Shown piece by piece: positions 1 to 12,862 of a DNA stretch of 64,000 nt (position 1 is its first letter; each line of letters opens with the position of its first letter). Made by a program: the position numbers and the translations under genes. The notes beneath the pieces are model-generated. The model searched no databases. It was given only the letters and a program-made list of their open reading frames with translations, and was not told where the DNA came from. The stretch is from positions 1,922,001 through 1,986,000 of the forward strand of contig JAMWBK010000002.1 in assembly GCA_029953675.1 (NCBI GenBank), in the 5' to 3' direction. Source of the stretch: Rhodosorus marinus CCMP1338 (lineage: Eukaryota; Plantae; Rhodophyta).

Positions 1-1339
1 CGGCCTTCGCGAGAGGAAGTGAGAAAGTGTTGTGAGTTGTTCGCGTCTTCGTTGGGAACGGAGACGGAAGTGGCAGATTTTGATTTCGGATGCGGCGTTT
101 GTTGTTCAGCAGGTGGATCTGACTGAAGCATTGACAACCAGTGCTTGCATGATGACGGACGCCTATTCTATCGAAAAGTATGTTTTCCTTTAGTCAGCTG
201 CGTCCTTTCGTTGCAATGGTTCGAATGGTGTCGCTTTGTTTTGCTGGTTTTATTACCGTGCTTCGTCTCACATTTTTTCTGTTCTTTCTTGTCTTTCTTG
301 GACATAGCAATGCCGAACTTACGGCTGAGAAAAAGTCCACTCCGGAGGTCCAGATGTCGTCTGCTTCGGATTTTACAGTTCCAGCTTCGCAGAACTCCTC
401 CCTGACGCGATCGTCCCGTGGAAGCATGAAGGTTGGAAACAAGCACCAAGCGGTTTTGCCACAAAAGAAATATTTTACCAAAGAGGCTAGAGAGAGTGTC
501 AGAGTCGATTCTGCACTTGTCTGGGATCCGATGCGTACCTCGAAGAGCATTGTTGATGCGTATAAATCCAAGTGCGATGAGCTTCACTTGCAGAACTTTG
601 GGGAGGAGATGGTACACGGATTTCTGCTCCACCATTTGGTTAATGTATCCATAGCTCCTTTGCGCCTGGAGGTAACTAACCTGTGAGCGTCGGACTTTGT
701 TCGCGTGGAAAGCCCCCAAAGGTTTATCAGGCCGCGATGATGTGCCTGAGGCGGCACGAATACTCTGCCGACAAAGCTCTCAAAGAATTCGAAGTAGGCG
801 ATTTGGCAGCGGCCATGCGCATGACTGAGAAGCATCCTTTCGTTCCCTTTGCTATAATCCCTGGGGAGAACAAGACTTTTGATTTTGTGGGGATTGCTGA
901 GGAACAGGAGAAAGAGTTTGCTCAGTTATTGCTCTATCTTGGCAAGGACCTGTCAGTAAGTTGCCGCTGCAGGACGACAAGCCCTGGAACTCTGCATCGC
1001 ATGTCCTAACGATTGTCCTCTGAACCACTGTTACAGTCGATAGGAGAGAGCATTTCCGCCGACTCTCCCGAGATTATCGTTCGGTATTACTATCAGCGCT
1101 ACAAGCAAGTGTCATACTTGCGAGGAGAAAAGCAACGAGACTCGAAGCTCGTCGAATACAGTTCCGAGCCACCAAATGAACAAGCGATGGATGCCAAGCG
1201 AGTGATCGCTGCGCTTCGAGTACTTGCTTTGTCTAGCCACGACTCATTTGAGGTCGACAAAAGAGTCGTGAAAGCGGTCAGCTTCTTCCGGAACAAGAGA
1301 ACATGGGTGAAGCTTATCAAGAAGGCCCAAGGGAACTGA
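1..1339 (+). CDS. ELM2/SANT-like chromatin protein (MIER/MTA-like), 5'-partial, multi-exon
   Basis: Spliced exons read ...SVRVDSALVWDP... (ELM2-like), then ...EKEFAQLLLYLGKDLS...SPEIIVRYYYQRYKQ (SANT-like). Stop TGA ends at 1339. The reading frame can be extended through introns to the window edge. Confidence 0.6.
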
Positions 1340-1399
1340 CCAAGTAGGACGGCTACGGATTGTCCGTGGGCGGAGCACGGTTTGACATTAATGGTTAGT

Positions 1400-2600
1400 A
1401 TCCCAGTTTTCAGAGCAAAGTTGCGTATCCCGAGATCGTAATGTCCATTCCTTCAAAGCCTGAGAGGATGATTGCATCGACTTGACACCTCTTGTTTGAG
1501 GGACCTTGTGTCCCGCTGAACGTAGATTTGCTTCAATTTGTATCTGATCGCTTGTCCCCCTTCGGGTGAACAGGAAATCTGAACATTGTGAAACTGGAAT
1601 CTGATGGCAGCGGATTGCTTTTTTTTTTATTGCAGGCGTCTGGAACGTTCGCCGAGATTTCTTAGCCCTCGTCCACGTTTCCCAGAATCATAGCCTTGGT
1701 CCAGCTTCAGGTTGGATGCGTTTTGGGTCACAGCACGATCGTCGTGCATAGATCCGAGAATTCAAGGATACCGGACATATCGCACGTTCCCGAAACTCTG
1801 GGTGCGTTCAAGAGGCAGGGATTGTGGCGTCGAGGTACAAACCATGTCACTAGGAGACTGGCGACGCCCGCAAATTTTTTTGGTTGCTTGAGGTACTGAA
1901 ATTTCAGGGGCACTCGTGTTCGAACGAACTTTAGGCTACCTTGTTCTCTGCTTCTACCCACGCCACTGGAAAGCTTCTGTTTGAAAGGTAGTCCTTATTG
2001 GCTCAGTTATGTAGGAGACCATGTCGGATCCAAACTTGCCATGGAGTTTCAGCAGATGTTGAGGAGGTAGTCTTAGCGCTGGGAAGTGAGAGACGGTGTA
2101 GCTGACGAGGGTAGCCTGCTTTTTCAAAATACCGATGCGCTCACCAGCTCGACCTTTTTGTGAATAAATATGTTAACGATTTATACTAATCCAATATCCG
2201 GTGCTGCGAAGACCGCTGTTGAGATGAGTGTCTTGACAATTTCTTCTGAGGTTCTAGCTCGATTCAAGTCTCAACCCCCCCCCCAAAAAAAGCTTCATTT
2301 ATTCAAATGGCCTCATGACCGCGTTTTCATTACCCTGATTGAGCCAACACCCTCGCCGTCAGACCGAGCGCATGCGAACCAAAAGTATGCTCATCATCTT
2401 CTATTCACCTTTTGCAAACATCCCGACCATTCCGCTTGCAGCTAAAGCGCCACCACTATCAAAATCGATATACCTAACCATCGCTACAATCTGTTTTTAA
2501 TTTTTGTTCAACAGCCTCTCCTCAGTCCTCAGAAACAACCCGAACAACGGCTTCAACAAACCTAGCGTTTCCACATCCCATTCCAATCCGCTACTTGCCG
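1400..2600 (-). CDS. Possible multi-exon hypothetical gene, structure unresolved
   Basis: Protein-like minus-strand segments (RTSEEIVKTLISTAVFAAPDIGL; GERIGILKKQATLVSYTVSHFPALRLPPQHLLKLHGKFGSDMVSYITEP) and a C/A-rich plus strand at 2450-2800, typical of minus-gene 5' ends here. I could not build a consistent splice model. Confidence 0.3.
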
Positions 2601-3273
2601 TGATTGCCCAGCCCGAACTGAAAAAGTCACCAAAAAACAAAACAAACGAACCCAGAAAGCCTCGGAAAACCATATGGCCCAAAATTTCTAAATTACAAGC
2701 TATCGTATACCAATTAACATCCTTTTTAAAAGAATCCGATGAAACAATTATCCAATCATGTAATTCCAAACATGTTTTATTACAAAAATCGGGACAGAAA
2801 TGAGGTGGAAAATGGACGCCGTATCGAGAGAACCTCACAAAAATAATAACAATACAAATATCAACTAATTGAATATAAAATAAAATATTGAAAGTCGAGC
2901 CTGGAGATATGAGGATGGGATAATTTTGTATTTTAAATATTTCTAGCACGTTACTGATTGTCCGTGGGAACCGTTTTTATGTGTTTCGTTTATGAAATTG
3001 TTTTGTTCATTTCTGTTGTTTTTTGAAAGATATTCAATTGGTCTGGCGAACCAAATGGATATCTTGAAAATGGATTCAGAGGTGGAGTGGCGAGTGTTGT
3101 TGAAGAGGGAAGGGGGTAGGGCTTAAGCTACTGGGGAGGGAGCATTGGATAGGTGATTAGGGAGGTGGGGGACAGTGAACAGGACTGATAAGGGAAGTGA
3201 AGTTGTTTGGTCTTGGTCCTGGTAGCTTTTGCTGTCGTAGAATTATTTTTTGGCTCGATTTGGGTCCTTCGGA

Positions 3274-5387
3274 ATGACGTCCAAGGTTTGGGCGATACGG
3301 GCGCCGGAGGTGGACAGGAGTAGTTCTGCTGCTAGCTCCCAAGAGCTGTCGAAGTATCTAAATCGGGACTATGTCGAGGTTCGGGAGGCTATTCTTGAGT
3401 ATCTCAAGGTGAGGAGTTGTTGATACGAAAAACTGTGCTGGAGGGGTTTTACTCACTTGATTCGTTCTGCTGTGTCCGCCCTTGCAGCATGACTTGTTTA
3501 AGCCGAGATACGATTTGTCCTTTTATGAGTTCCGTGATCTGACTCAGGAGAGGTTGAAGCACTTGGCGAAGGGCAACTTTATCAGCTGCTTTGACCACAT
3601 CAACGACCCTGGCCGGTTTTTTGCGGGAATGGAGGCGCTCACGTATGTAGACTACAGCATTACTATCAAATGTGGGGTGCACTATACCCTCGCTGGCGGA
3701 GCAATAGCTCTGTTAGGGACGAGAAAGCACCACAACAAGTATTTGCCCCTGATGGATTCTGGGGAACTTCCCGGATGCTTCGCTATGACCGAGCTAGGTC
3801 ATGGCAGCAACGTCATGGGGATAGAGACTACGGCAGTTTATGATCACGCAAGGAACTCTTTCGTACTAAACACGGGTTCTGACCTAGCGTCAAAGGTAGA
3901 ATTTAGCTCTACGAAACCGCATCACCATCGAGTTTTCCCCCGAGATGATTCTCACAGTGCTCTTCTTTGTTACTCATGGAAAGGTCTGGATCGGTGGTGC
4001 ATCTCAGTATGGTCGCCTGTGCACAGTGTTCGCCCAGTTGACAGTTGGAGGAGACTACAAAGGAGTTCATGTGTTCGTAATGAGAATTCGAGACGATGAG
4101 GGAAACCTCTGCAAGGGAGTGCGGATCGAGGAAATGGGTCACAAGATGGGCATGAATGGAGTGGATAACGGAAGAATTTGGTTTGACAACGTCGTGTTGG
4201 ACAAAGATTCCCTTCTGGACAGGTATGAAATCGCACCGACCACCATGCAGCAGCGCGTTTGACGTATGCTAACCGCTTTCGTGGAACAGGTATGCCTCAA
4301 TTGATGAGCAGGGCATGTACCACAGCCCGATAAAGTCAATCCCAGCTCGATTTGGAGCTATGGTTGGTGCCCTATCCACTGGTCGAGTCTGCATCGCACA
4401 ATCCGCTGTAGATGCATGCAAGCTTGGCCTGACCATTGCATGCAGATACTCAAGTGATCGTCCACAGTTTGGGAAGAGGAAAATTGGGTCCTACCTAACC
4501 CATAAGCGTCGGCTAGCTCCAGGCGTTGCGCAGACCTATGCCCTGCACCTTATGATGCTCCAGTTGAAAGGTCTCGTTAACGACCGCCACGACCCGAAGA
4601 AGATTCACAACCTCTCTAGCGGTCTCAAGGCTGCCGCCACCTGGACTAGAGTAGATGTGTTGCAAAAGTGTCGAGAATGTTGCGGAGGAATGGGACTCCT
4701 ATCTGAAAACCAGATAGGAGGCATGATTGTCGATATGAACGTGGACGTAACTTTTGAAGGCGACAACACTGTTCTCATGCAACAGGTTGTCAAGGGCATT
4801 CTCGCAAAGGGCATAAAAAAACCAGACCCGATCCAGGTTCGCAACTATTCGATTGAGGAACTACTCGAGGTACGTAATACGTTCTTGGACGGAGCCCACC
4901 CGCTTTGAGTTTGAGAAAATGAGCTGACCTCAGTGTGTTCTGCGAACAACAGGCGTTGAAGTATAGAGAGGACTTACTGAAATACAAGCTCGTACAGCTT
5001 GGTGATCTCGATGCGAACCAAGACACATGTGTTGACCTCGGATGGGCGTATGCGGATTATCTGACTGCAGAGAACTTCTTCAAGGAGGTCCAACGTGCCC
5101 CTCCGGCTCTTCGAGATACTCTTCAAGAGCTCGCAGTTCTGTTTGCGTTGGAGAAAATGGAAAGGAACGCTGTTTTCTACGTTTGCGATGGCGTCATCGA
5201 TGCAGATGGTTTGGAAAACCTGCGCCGTCGAGTTAATGACCAATGCAACGTGGTTTCAGGTGCAGATGGAGAGCGTCTGAACATCTTGTGCGAGGGATTC
5301 GGTATCCCTGAGCATCTCATCACAGCACCAATCGCAAAAGGCTGGCGCGAGTTTCACACCAGCCCCGAAATTGGCGCAAGGATGTAG
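3274..5387 (+). CDS. ACX: Peroxisomal acyl-CoA oxidase
   Basis: Motifs GCFAMTELGHGSNVMGIETTA, KVWIGGA, MGHKMGMNGVDNGRIWFDNV, CRECCGGMG and TFEGDNTVLMQQV. C-terminal ...GARM* is a PTS1-type tripeptide. First exon from ATG 3274 (MTSKVW...EYLK|gtgagg). Confidence 0.93.
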
Positions 5388-6203
5388 GTCAGAGGAATCA
5401 ACCCAGTGTTCATCTCAGACGGAGTGAAAACTCCTAAGTGCTTCTGCCCATTCCTCAGTATAGTAAATAGTACCCCATAGCATGTAAAAGGAACATAGAA
5501 CAGGGTCTATCTGTGTCACCCACCATCACAGAAACATGATGGGATTACCCCTCCAAGAAAACGTCTATCTGTCATCATCACAGATTTCTCATAGGACTGC
5601 CCTCCAAGCGAAATCTAGTCAGCACACATCGCCAACACCAATGTAAACCAAACAACGAATCCAAAACAAAGTATCTCCTCTTATCTTAGTGGTTAATTCA
5701 ATCAATATCCGATGTATTCTATCCAATCATACTTCAGTATTGCCTTGGAAGAGCTTCTGACACTTCGGAGGAACAAGTCATTTGAGATTTTTGGAAATAT
5801 TTAATTGGCCAAAAAAGAGTATCGTCAGCAAGGAGGATGGAATCTAATTTTTTTTGGCGATGCCCGCTTTCGGTGTTTTCTGTTTTAGAGAAAAAAGTTG
5901 TTGGCCGCGATGCTGGAACAATGGCCATGCCAAAAAATGAGGACGATGCCTTTGTTTCAATCGAAACGAGCATTGGGTCTATATTGACGAGGAGGGTGGG
6001 TACTTGTTTTATGAAGCAAGGCATTGGGAGCCCCCTTTTGCAGTCGCGAAGAGCTTTGTTCTAGTAAAACGTGGGTTGTGTACTTCAACTGGTTCACCGT
6101 GTGCGATATCGGCGTTTCCTGTGCTGACGAACCCTGGTTGATGAACGGGAAGGGAAGTGTTGCTGCATTCATCACAATCGTTTGCTCCTTTTGTAAATAG
6201 AGT

Positions 6204-9200
6204 ATGGCACTTTCGAAGGTGAGCATGCGCAGTTGGGCTTGTTGTGTTTGGACGTGGTTTTGAATGAGTTGTGGAACGCATCTATTCCGTGTTTTAAGAT
6301 TTTGGTCGCCAACAGAGGTGAAATTGCTTGCCGTATTATTCGAGCAGCTAGAAAGCTCGGAAAGAGCACAGTTAGTGTCTATTCCAAAGGTGGTGGAAAG
6401 CATTACGCCGTCCGGAGATGCTTAATGATACCCGCATGCTGACTGAGAAATGTTCTTGTCTATTTTCCTCCCAAAAGTCGACGCGGACTCTCTCCACGTG
6501 CGCATGGCGGACGAGGGTAAGCGTAGAATTTACGTCTTTGTTATTTGCTGGTCATCTGATCTGAAACTACGTTGATTGTGGCTCGAAAGCCGTTGAAGTG
6601 GGTCCTGCCCCCGCCGCCAAGTCTTATTTGAACATACCCAACATCATCAAAGCAGCGAAGTCCACTGGGAGCCAGGTTCGAGCGAAACTTTGCGCCCTGA
6701 TCACGAGTCAAACTGAAATTGGAAGGTCATGTTCTGAGCGAGGATTCCATCCCCCTCTATGCCCTTTGTAGGCCGTGCACCCAGGGTATGGATTTCTTTC
6801 AGAGAACGGCGCGTTCGTGTCCGCGTTGGAGCGTGAGAATATTGCGTTCATCGGACCAGATTCTAAGGCGATGAAGGCAATGGGTGATAAAATTGGATCA
6901 AAGCAGATTGCCAAGGAAGCGGGAGTGAACACTGTCCCCGGTTTCATAGGAACTATTGATTCTGCCGATCATGCTGTTTCCGTTGCCGAAGAGATCGGAT
7001 ACCCGGTGATGGTCAAGGTATGAAAAAACGGAAAAGCTGAATGACTGGAGAACAGCCATACAACTCCTTATCCCTGGACTTCAGTTCCTTGCTAAAGGTC
7101 ATTCTTTCAGGCTTCTGCTGGTGGAGGTGGGAAAGGGATGCGAGTGGCGTGGAATAAGACGGAGACCATAGAAGCTTACAAATTGTACGACGTCAGACTG
7201 TCGTCTTTGCCGAGTTCGGCAAGAACTCTAATAGATTTTTTTCTGCCTCTGTCAATCAGGTGCTCGGGTGAGGCACAGGCCTCGTTCGCGGACGGCAGAC
7301 TTCTGATTGAAAAATTTGTTGAAAAACCCAGACATGTTGAGATTCAGATCATGGGCGACAAACACGGAAATGTTCTGTACTTTCCAGAGAGAGAGTGCTC
7401 AATTCAGAGGAGAAACCAGAAAGTATGTTGTCCAATTCCTCGATAACTGCTTGGTCAATTGTGAAAGCTGTACTGTCGAGACCACCTCGACGCATTTGAC
7501 CTCAACATTTGTTTGGATGCTTTGCGCAGATCTTTGAAGAAGCACCTAGTCCGCTTGTTGATGGTCCACTGAGAAGGAAGATGGGGGAGCAAGCTGTTGC
7601 GCTAGCCAAGGTTGTACCCGAACCAGAGCAGCTTGCATACGATGTCCTGCTTTCTTCAACCCCACCTGACTATTGAAAACTGCCGTTCTAATCCTGTAGA
7701 AAGTTGGCTATTTCTCCGCTGGAACGGTGGAATTTTTGGTTTCCGAAACGGACCGCTCGTTCTACTTTTTGGAGATGAATACACGTCTTCAGGTGAGGTT
7801 GACCTAAGCGATTGTCGGCTAGATTCGAGAGCCCACCTTACTGGTTGTGGGCCCTGGAGCTGACCAGCTTAGATGTGTAGGTAGAGCACCCGATTACGGA
7901 GGCAATCAGCGGTACAGACCTCATGGAGATGATGTTTGCAGTGGCTGATGGTATGTATGAGGGCTTTTCATCGACCTCCTGAAGGACGTCTAATTTGCAC
8001 ACTGCCGGTGAACTTTCGTGAGTAGGCGAAAAGCTATCCTTACGGCAAGGAGATATTTCCCCCGTTGGCTGGGCCATGGAGTCCAGAATATATGCTGAGG
8101 ATCCCAGACAGGGTTTTGTGCCTTTTCCCGGAGCAGTTCGCGCGTATAGGGAGCCGCGGCTCAGGCCCGATCCCGAGGTAAGCTCTCACCAGCGCGCACA
8201 ACAGACTGCGGTTGCCTAAAGCGAAAAATGCTGTTCTGCATAGATACCTTCGACCATACAAGAACTTCACTTTGATCATGCCGGGGTAAGAGTTGACTCT
8301 GGGATTGACGAGGGTGGAAAGGTATGACAAACACTTGTACCGGTGGGCCGTCTTCTAGCCGTTTGAGATGACTGGAAAGGAACTCCCTGTGAACGACAAA
8401 CAGGTTCAACTGTACTATGATCCGATGGTAAGCAAGCTAGTATGCTACGGCCAAGATCGCGAGACAACGAGGCAGAAAATGGTGCGGGCCCTGGATTCGT
8501 ATGTTATTTACGGAGTCAAGAACAACCTTGAGTTTCTCCGAGCATTGATGTCGGAACCTGCTTTCATTGCGGGGAAGACGACAACGGGTAGGGGGCATCA
8601 ATCGACACGCACACAGACTAGTTGGTTTTCTGCTTACTTGACAGTCGCCCTGCATTCTCTAGCCTTCATTGATCAGACTTGGAAGAACGGATTCCACGGT
8701 GCACCGAAGGAAAAGGCCGCACAAAGGAGAGCAGAAGCGCTTGCAGTGTGGATGGTAGTCTGATCCTTCAAAAGATGTTTGAGTTCTCGTGAGAACTTGC
8801 TTCTTCTGCTGACCACGTAGCCGTGTCTTGAATATAGTATGCTCGCTCGGCTGGAGACAGTGGCCGAATATCAGTGAGGTCGGGAGACGAAGAGGTTGAG
8901 GCTGAGATCAAGGCTAGTAATGTGATTTTCTTGGATGGTACTAGAGTTTTTTTTTTTTTTCTTCTGTTGACAACGTGAAGCCGAATCCGGATCTTTGCGG
9001 GTTTGCCTAAACCAATTCCTCTATCACCGATTTATGAATGTAGGCGAGGAGAGGGAGGTCATGCACATAGACAAGGTTCAGGAAACGATTTGCGGAGGGG
9101 GAGTGGTAAACCTGGTGGAAGCTGTGGTTAACCAGAAGCCCGAATTGTTTCAGGTTAGACAGACGAGTTTCTGAACACCTCTCTCGATCAGGATTGTGCT

Positions 9201-9780
9201 GATGCAACATCATGTGCATTGATTCTTCTCCAACTCAGATCCTTGGGCGAGAGCGGAAGGGGTGGGGTGTGACGGAGATAATACACGACGGAATTCCGTG
9301 GCGCATGAACATTCGACCTAAATCCGTTGCTAATCTTGAAGAGTTCTGCGCGACTGAAGTGGATGAGCACGCCGGTGATTCCATACGTGCGCCGATGCCG
9401 GGAAGTGTGACTTCTGTTTTAATATCAGATGGGGATAAGGTAGAACCGCAGCAGGTGCGATATTATGGAACCATTCCCGCGCCCTACAAGAATCGTATAG
9501 TTTCTGTTGCTTCTAAGACTAGCCAGCCCTTTGCTTTCAGGAGCTTCTCGTTCTCGAAGCTATGAAAATGCAAAATATCCTCAGATCCGACAAGCGAGCC
9601 GAGGTCAAGGTGAGACTCATATCCGGTTCGAGTTCATAGAACTAGTACTACTAGTACTCGGACGCTGACGTTCTGAACTGCAATTTTCTGGAAGCGCAGA
9701 AAGTACATTGTCAGCCAGGTGATGTTGTCTCCCACGACTCGCTACTAATTGAGTTTATGGATAGCCAGCCGGGGACGTGA
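6204..9780 (+). CDS. PCCA: Propionyl-CoA carboxylase alpha chain (biotin carboxylase + biotin carrier), many introns
   Basis: [58 protein letters not shown] and YDPMVSKL. The biotinyl motif EAMKMQN (~9558-9578) is the PCCA-type signature (MCCA has MKMEH). Ends ...EFMDSQPGT* at 9780. Start codon uncertain. Confidence 0.88.
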
Positions 9781-10091
9781 CTTCCACCGTGTGAGGCGCG
9801 ATGTGTGAGTTTAAATGGTCTGCCACCACTCCCTCACACACTAACAAAACAAGGCATATAAAAAAAAACGCACACAGAAGACTACAGCGAAACCGAAACG
9901 AACATGAGAAGGGGAAAGCAAAGAGCTTGTCGACGAAGCTCAAGCGGAGATGTGTTGTTCTCCAATCATGTAGTCAAAAACTTTCGCGTTCGTGCGTATC
10001 GGGAAGATTGTTTGCTTTCGCATGGAGCGCATAAATTCAGATTCGTCCGTGGGGAAGAGTTGTTGCTTTCTCGGGAAGCGCGTACGTTCAA

Positions 10092-12862
10092 TCATGATGC
10101 ATGGGCGGTCACCTCTACTTGCTGCCTTTTCCTGCTCGCAAATATGTTCGCGAGATGCCTGATGAAATTCCTCCTCAAGTTGTTCATATCCGACCTCGGA
10201 TGCACAGCCGATTGGCTAAAGGATAGCTCTCTCGCGTTAGAGATAAAGCTGCTTGACTGGGCGGTAACAAACGACCTCGACAGAATTGAGCTGAGAGTTG
10301 AGAGCCTCTGAGAGCCATCATAGTCTTCGGTGGTCTCCCTCTGCCTTCCCGGGATTCCGTTGTTCACCCCTTTGGAGTGTCCTGCTCTGGCGTTCTCGGA
10401 GTTCCTGGAAAAGTCTCGATCTCCGCTCAGCCTCTGCCCATCGAAGCTATCCAGCCTCGACGCAGATGAAGGAGTTCGAGAAGCAGGCTTTCTCCTATCC
10501 AGCGTATCAGGTAGACCGCTGGGTGTCCTAATAATATCCGAGCCCGTCACGCTAGGCACAGACCTTGCGAATTTATCCTCTTCCTCTGCCCGCGCCCGAT
10601 CCTCTGCCACTAGACTTGCATCGACACACGCCCTCTCCTTCCGTAATATCTCCTCAATTCCACAGATTGCTTCACGCACGTCGATGTCTTCGTCCTGATT
10701 GAGCAGCCGCAGGGTCTTCTGAAACTGCGGCTCGTCAGCAAGCGCGCCTCCAATTGCGCCGAGGATCTTTGCAAGATGTAGCCTCACGTTGGGAACTGGA
10801 TCCGCGCCGAGCAGTAGAATCTGGGAAGCGAAGCAAGCTTTGAACAGTTTTCTGGAGTACAACGAGTGCGCTGCAAGGACCGCGTCAAGAAAAGCTATCC
10901 GCATCCAGAAAACTCCACCTTCGGCCCATTCAACGCAAAACGTTTCAACCATCTGCTCTCTCTCCTCTACTTCTGGAATGTATCTCAACCCCTTGACGAT
11001 GGCGTGCATTGAGGCCTTACGAACCTGAGAGGTGCTCTCCTCCGCTAGCTGTGAGAGCAGCGGCAAAATATTCATTTTGAGGAGGTTGCTTGGCACCAGG
11101 GTGATCAGCTCGTCCAGTTGCCTCACTAAGAGTTCCTGGGTTCTCCAGTTACCCTCACTGAGCAACTTGAGACTCCTAAATAGCGGCGACAGCTTTAGAG
11201 CCGAACAATGTTCCTGCTCCGTCGTTAGAGTCCTGACGATATCTGGAAAGTGCCGCAGTATGTTTGTCCTCACAAGCGGGTTCTCATCCCTAAGCAGGTT
11301 TTGAACCGCATTGTACAAGCTAGCGACAGTCGAGCCTCCAATGAGAAAAGGAACCGTCTTGTGAATTCCAGCGGCGAGGTTCCACCTGGCTTCCGCGTCC
11401 GAGTCCCGAGAAAGAAGCTCCGCGAGGCTGGCAACCTCTTCCGCAAACTTTGGTCCGAGACATTGCGCAATTGCAGGCATATTATACGCACAATTTCGCC
11501 TCAGAATCGGGCCATTTGCAGCTGCCATACCGCGGAACGCCCTATAGGCGTCCTCGAGTTCGTTTTCATCGTTCAAATATTTATGTATTCCCACCACAAA
11601 CTGTCCAATTACTTCGGAGAAGATCTCGAGCATCAGGTAAGAATCATCGTCTATCGTTCTCTGATCTTCCGATGCTTTTCTTCGAGAGAATAGGCACTGC
11701 TCGAGGAACACCGGTGGAAGATCCTGGCTGTAGAACGAATCCTCTCCATCAGTTTCACGATGAGCTTCGACAATGTGCGCAATGCACCGAAGCGTTGCCG
11801 CTCGAATCCTCACTTGCGGATCCCGGAAGAGTTGGACTATCTTCGGCCACAGTCTCTCCTTCATCACTCCCAGTGGCACTTTAGAGCCTATATGATCCAG
11901 CGACTCCGCAGCCATCCCACGAACTTCAACGTTCTTGTCTGAGCACAGGTAAAGAGCCCGGTGCACAATCAGCTTCTCTACGTCTGCTGCAGACAAGCTC
12001 ATGCTAAGAGCGCCCAGCAGCCTCGCAGCGAGCTTCCGGGAAGCATCGCTCGTCCTGCTGGCGTGAACATTAACCAGAGAAATTACACGAGCAAGCTCTT
12101 GTTCGTTCCAGTTTACGTTTGGCAGGACCATTACAAGAATCTCCGACCAACACTCGTGTACGGTATCTGCAATAACCCGGTTGACGACACGAAAGGAAGC
12201 AGCGGATACCATTTTTGAGACGTCAGGAGTAAGGTCATGGCGTACAAGGTCAATCAGAGCCTAACGGAAGCGCGCAAAAGGGTGACGTTCATTTTGCTGT
12301 TAGAAAAGTCAGTTGTACTTCGAAGTCGAGGGCCTAGCTTTGTGGGTACCTCTGCGGTTGCGAGCTGGAGGCCTGAGCTCCAGGTGTGTACATGGAGGCA
12401 GATAATCGGAACGAGTATTTCAAGAGTGTCCTCAAAACAGTAGTCTAGCATTTGCTGAAATTCGAACAGAACAATACTCCGTTCATGATCGTTTCCGTTC
12501 TCGAGCATTTCTGCCATCTTGTTCACACAGATCAGAGCTTCGTGGTCGAGAAATTGCTCCTCCTCCTCGTCAAAAAATTGATCGTGATCCCGTCCCTCCT
12601 CATCCTCCTCAAAATCAGGGATAGTCGACTGCAGATTATCATCAGAGAATATAGAAGCGTCAATAAAAGGAAAGCTAAACTACTACAAGAACGTACTGCC
12701 AATCTTCAATGTCAAAAAACCTACCCCTTCGCTGTTCAAACTAGCATTCGACAACGTATTCGACAGCGAGGAATAGGAATGACGTCGAGGCCGGCCCTCA
12801 TCCGCCAAGTATTCCCTCGACGTCCTCCATTTCTCCTTCTTCAATACATCTGAATACCCCAT
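10092..12862 (-). CDS. HEAT-repeat protein phosphatase regulatory subunit, PP4R4/PP4R1-like
   Basis: 706-aa terminal exon with HEAT repeats (LCSDKNVEVRGMAAESL, LFRDPQVRIRAA, RRNCAYNMPA, LGADPVPNVRLHLA). Upstream exons are joined by GT-AG introns (e.g. gaaggg|gtaggt at 12724) back to ATG 12862. Confidence 0.75.

Noticed and set aside
1760-1775. Minus-strand GTATCCTT resembling a U12-type 5' splice site
   Set aside because: No TCCTTAAC branch motif downstream, and it is a single 8-mer expected by chance.
5805-5812. Palindrome TTGGCCAA recurring in intergenic regions (5805, 17406, 48957, 52650)
   Set aside because: About one copy is expected by chance and only four were seen by eye without a systematic count. 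That is not enough to call a promoter motif.
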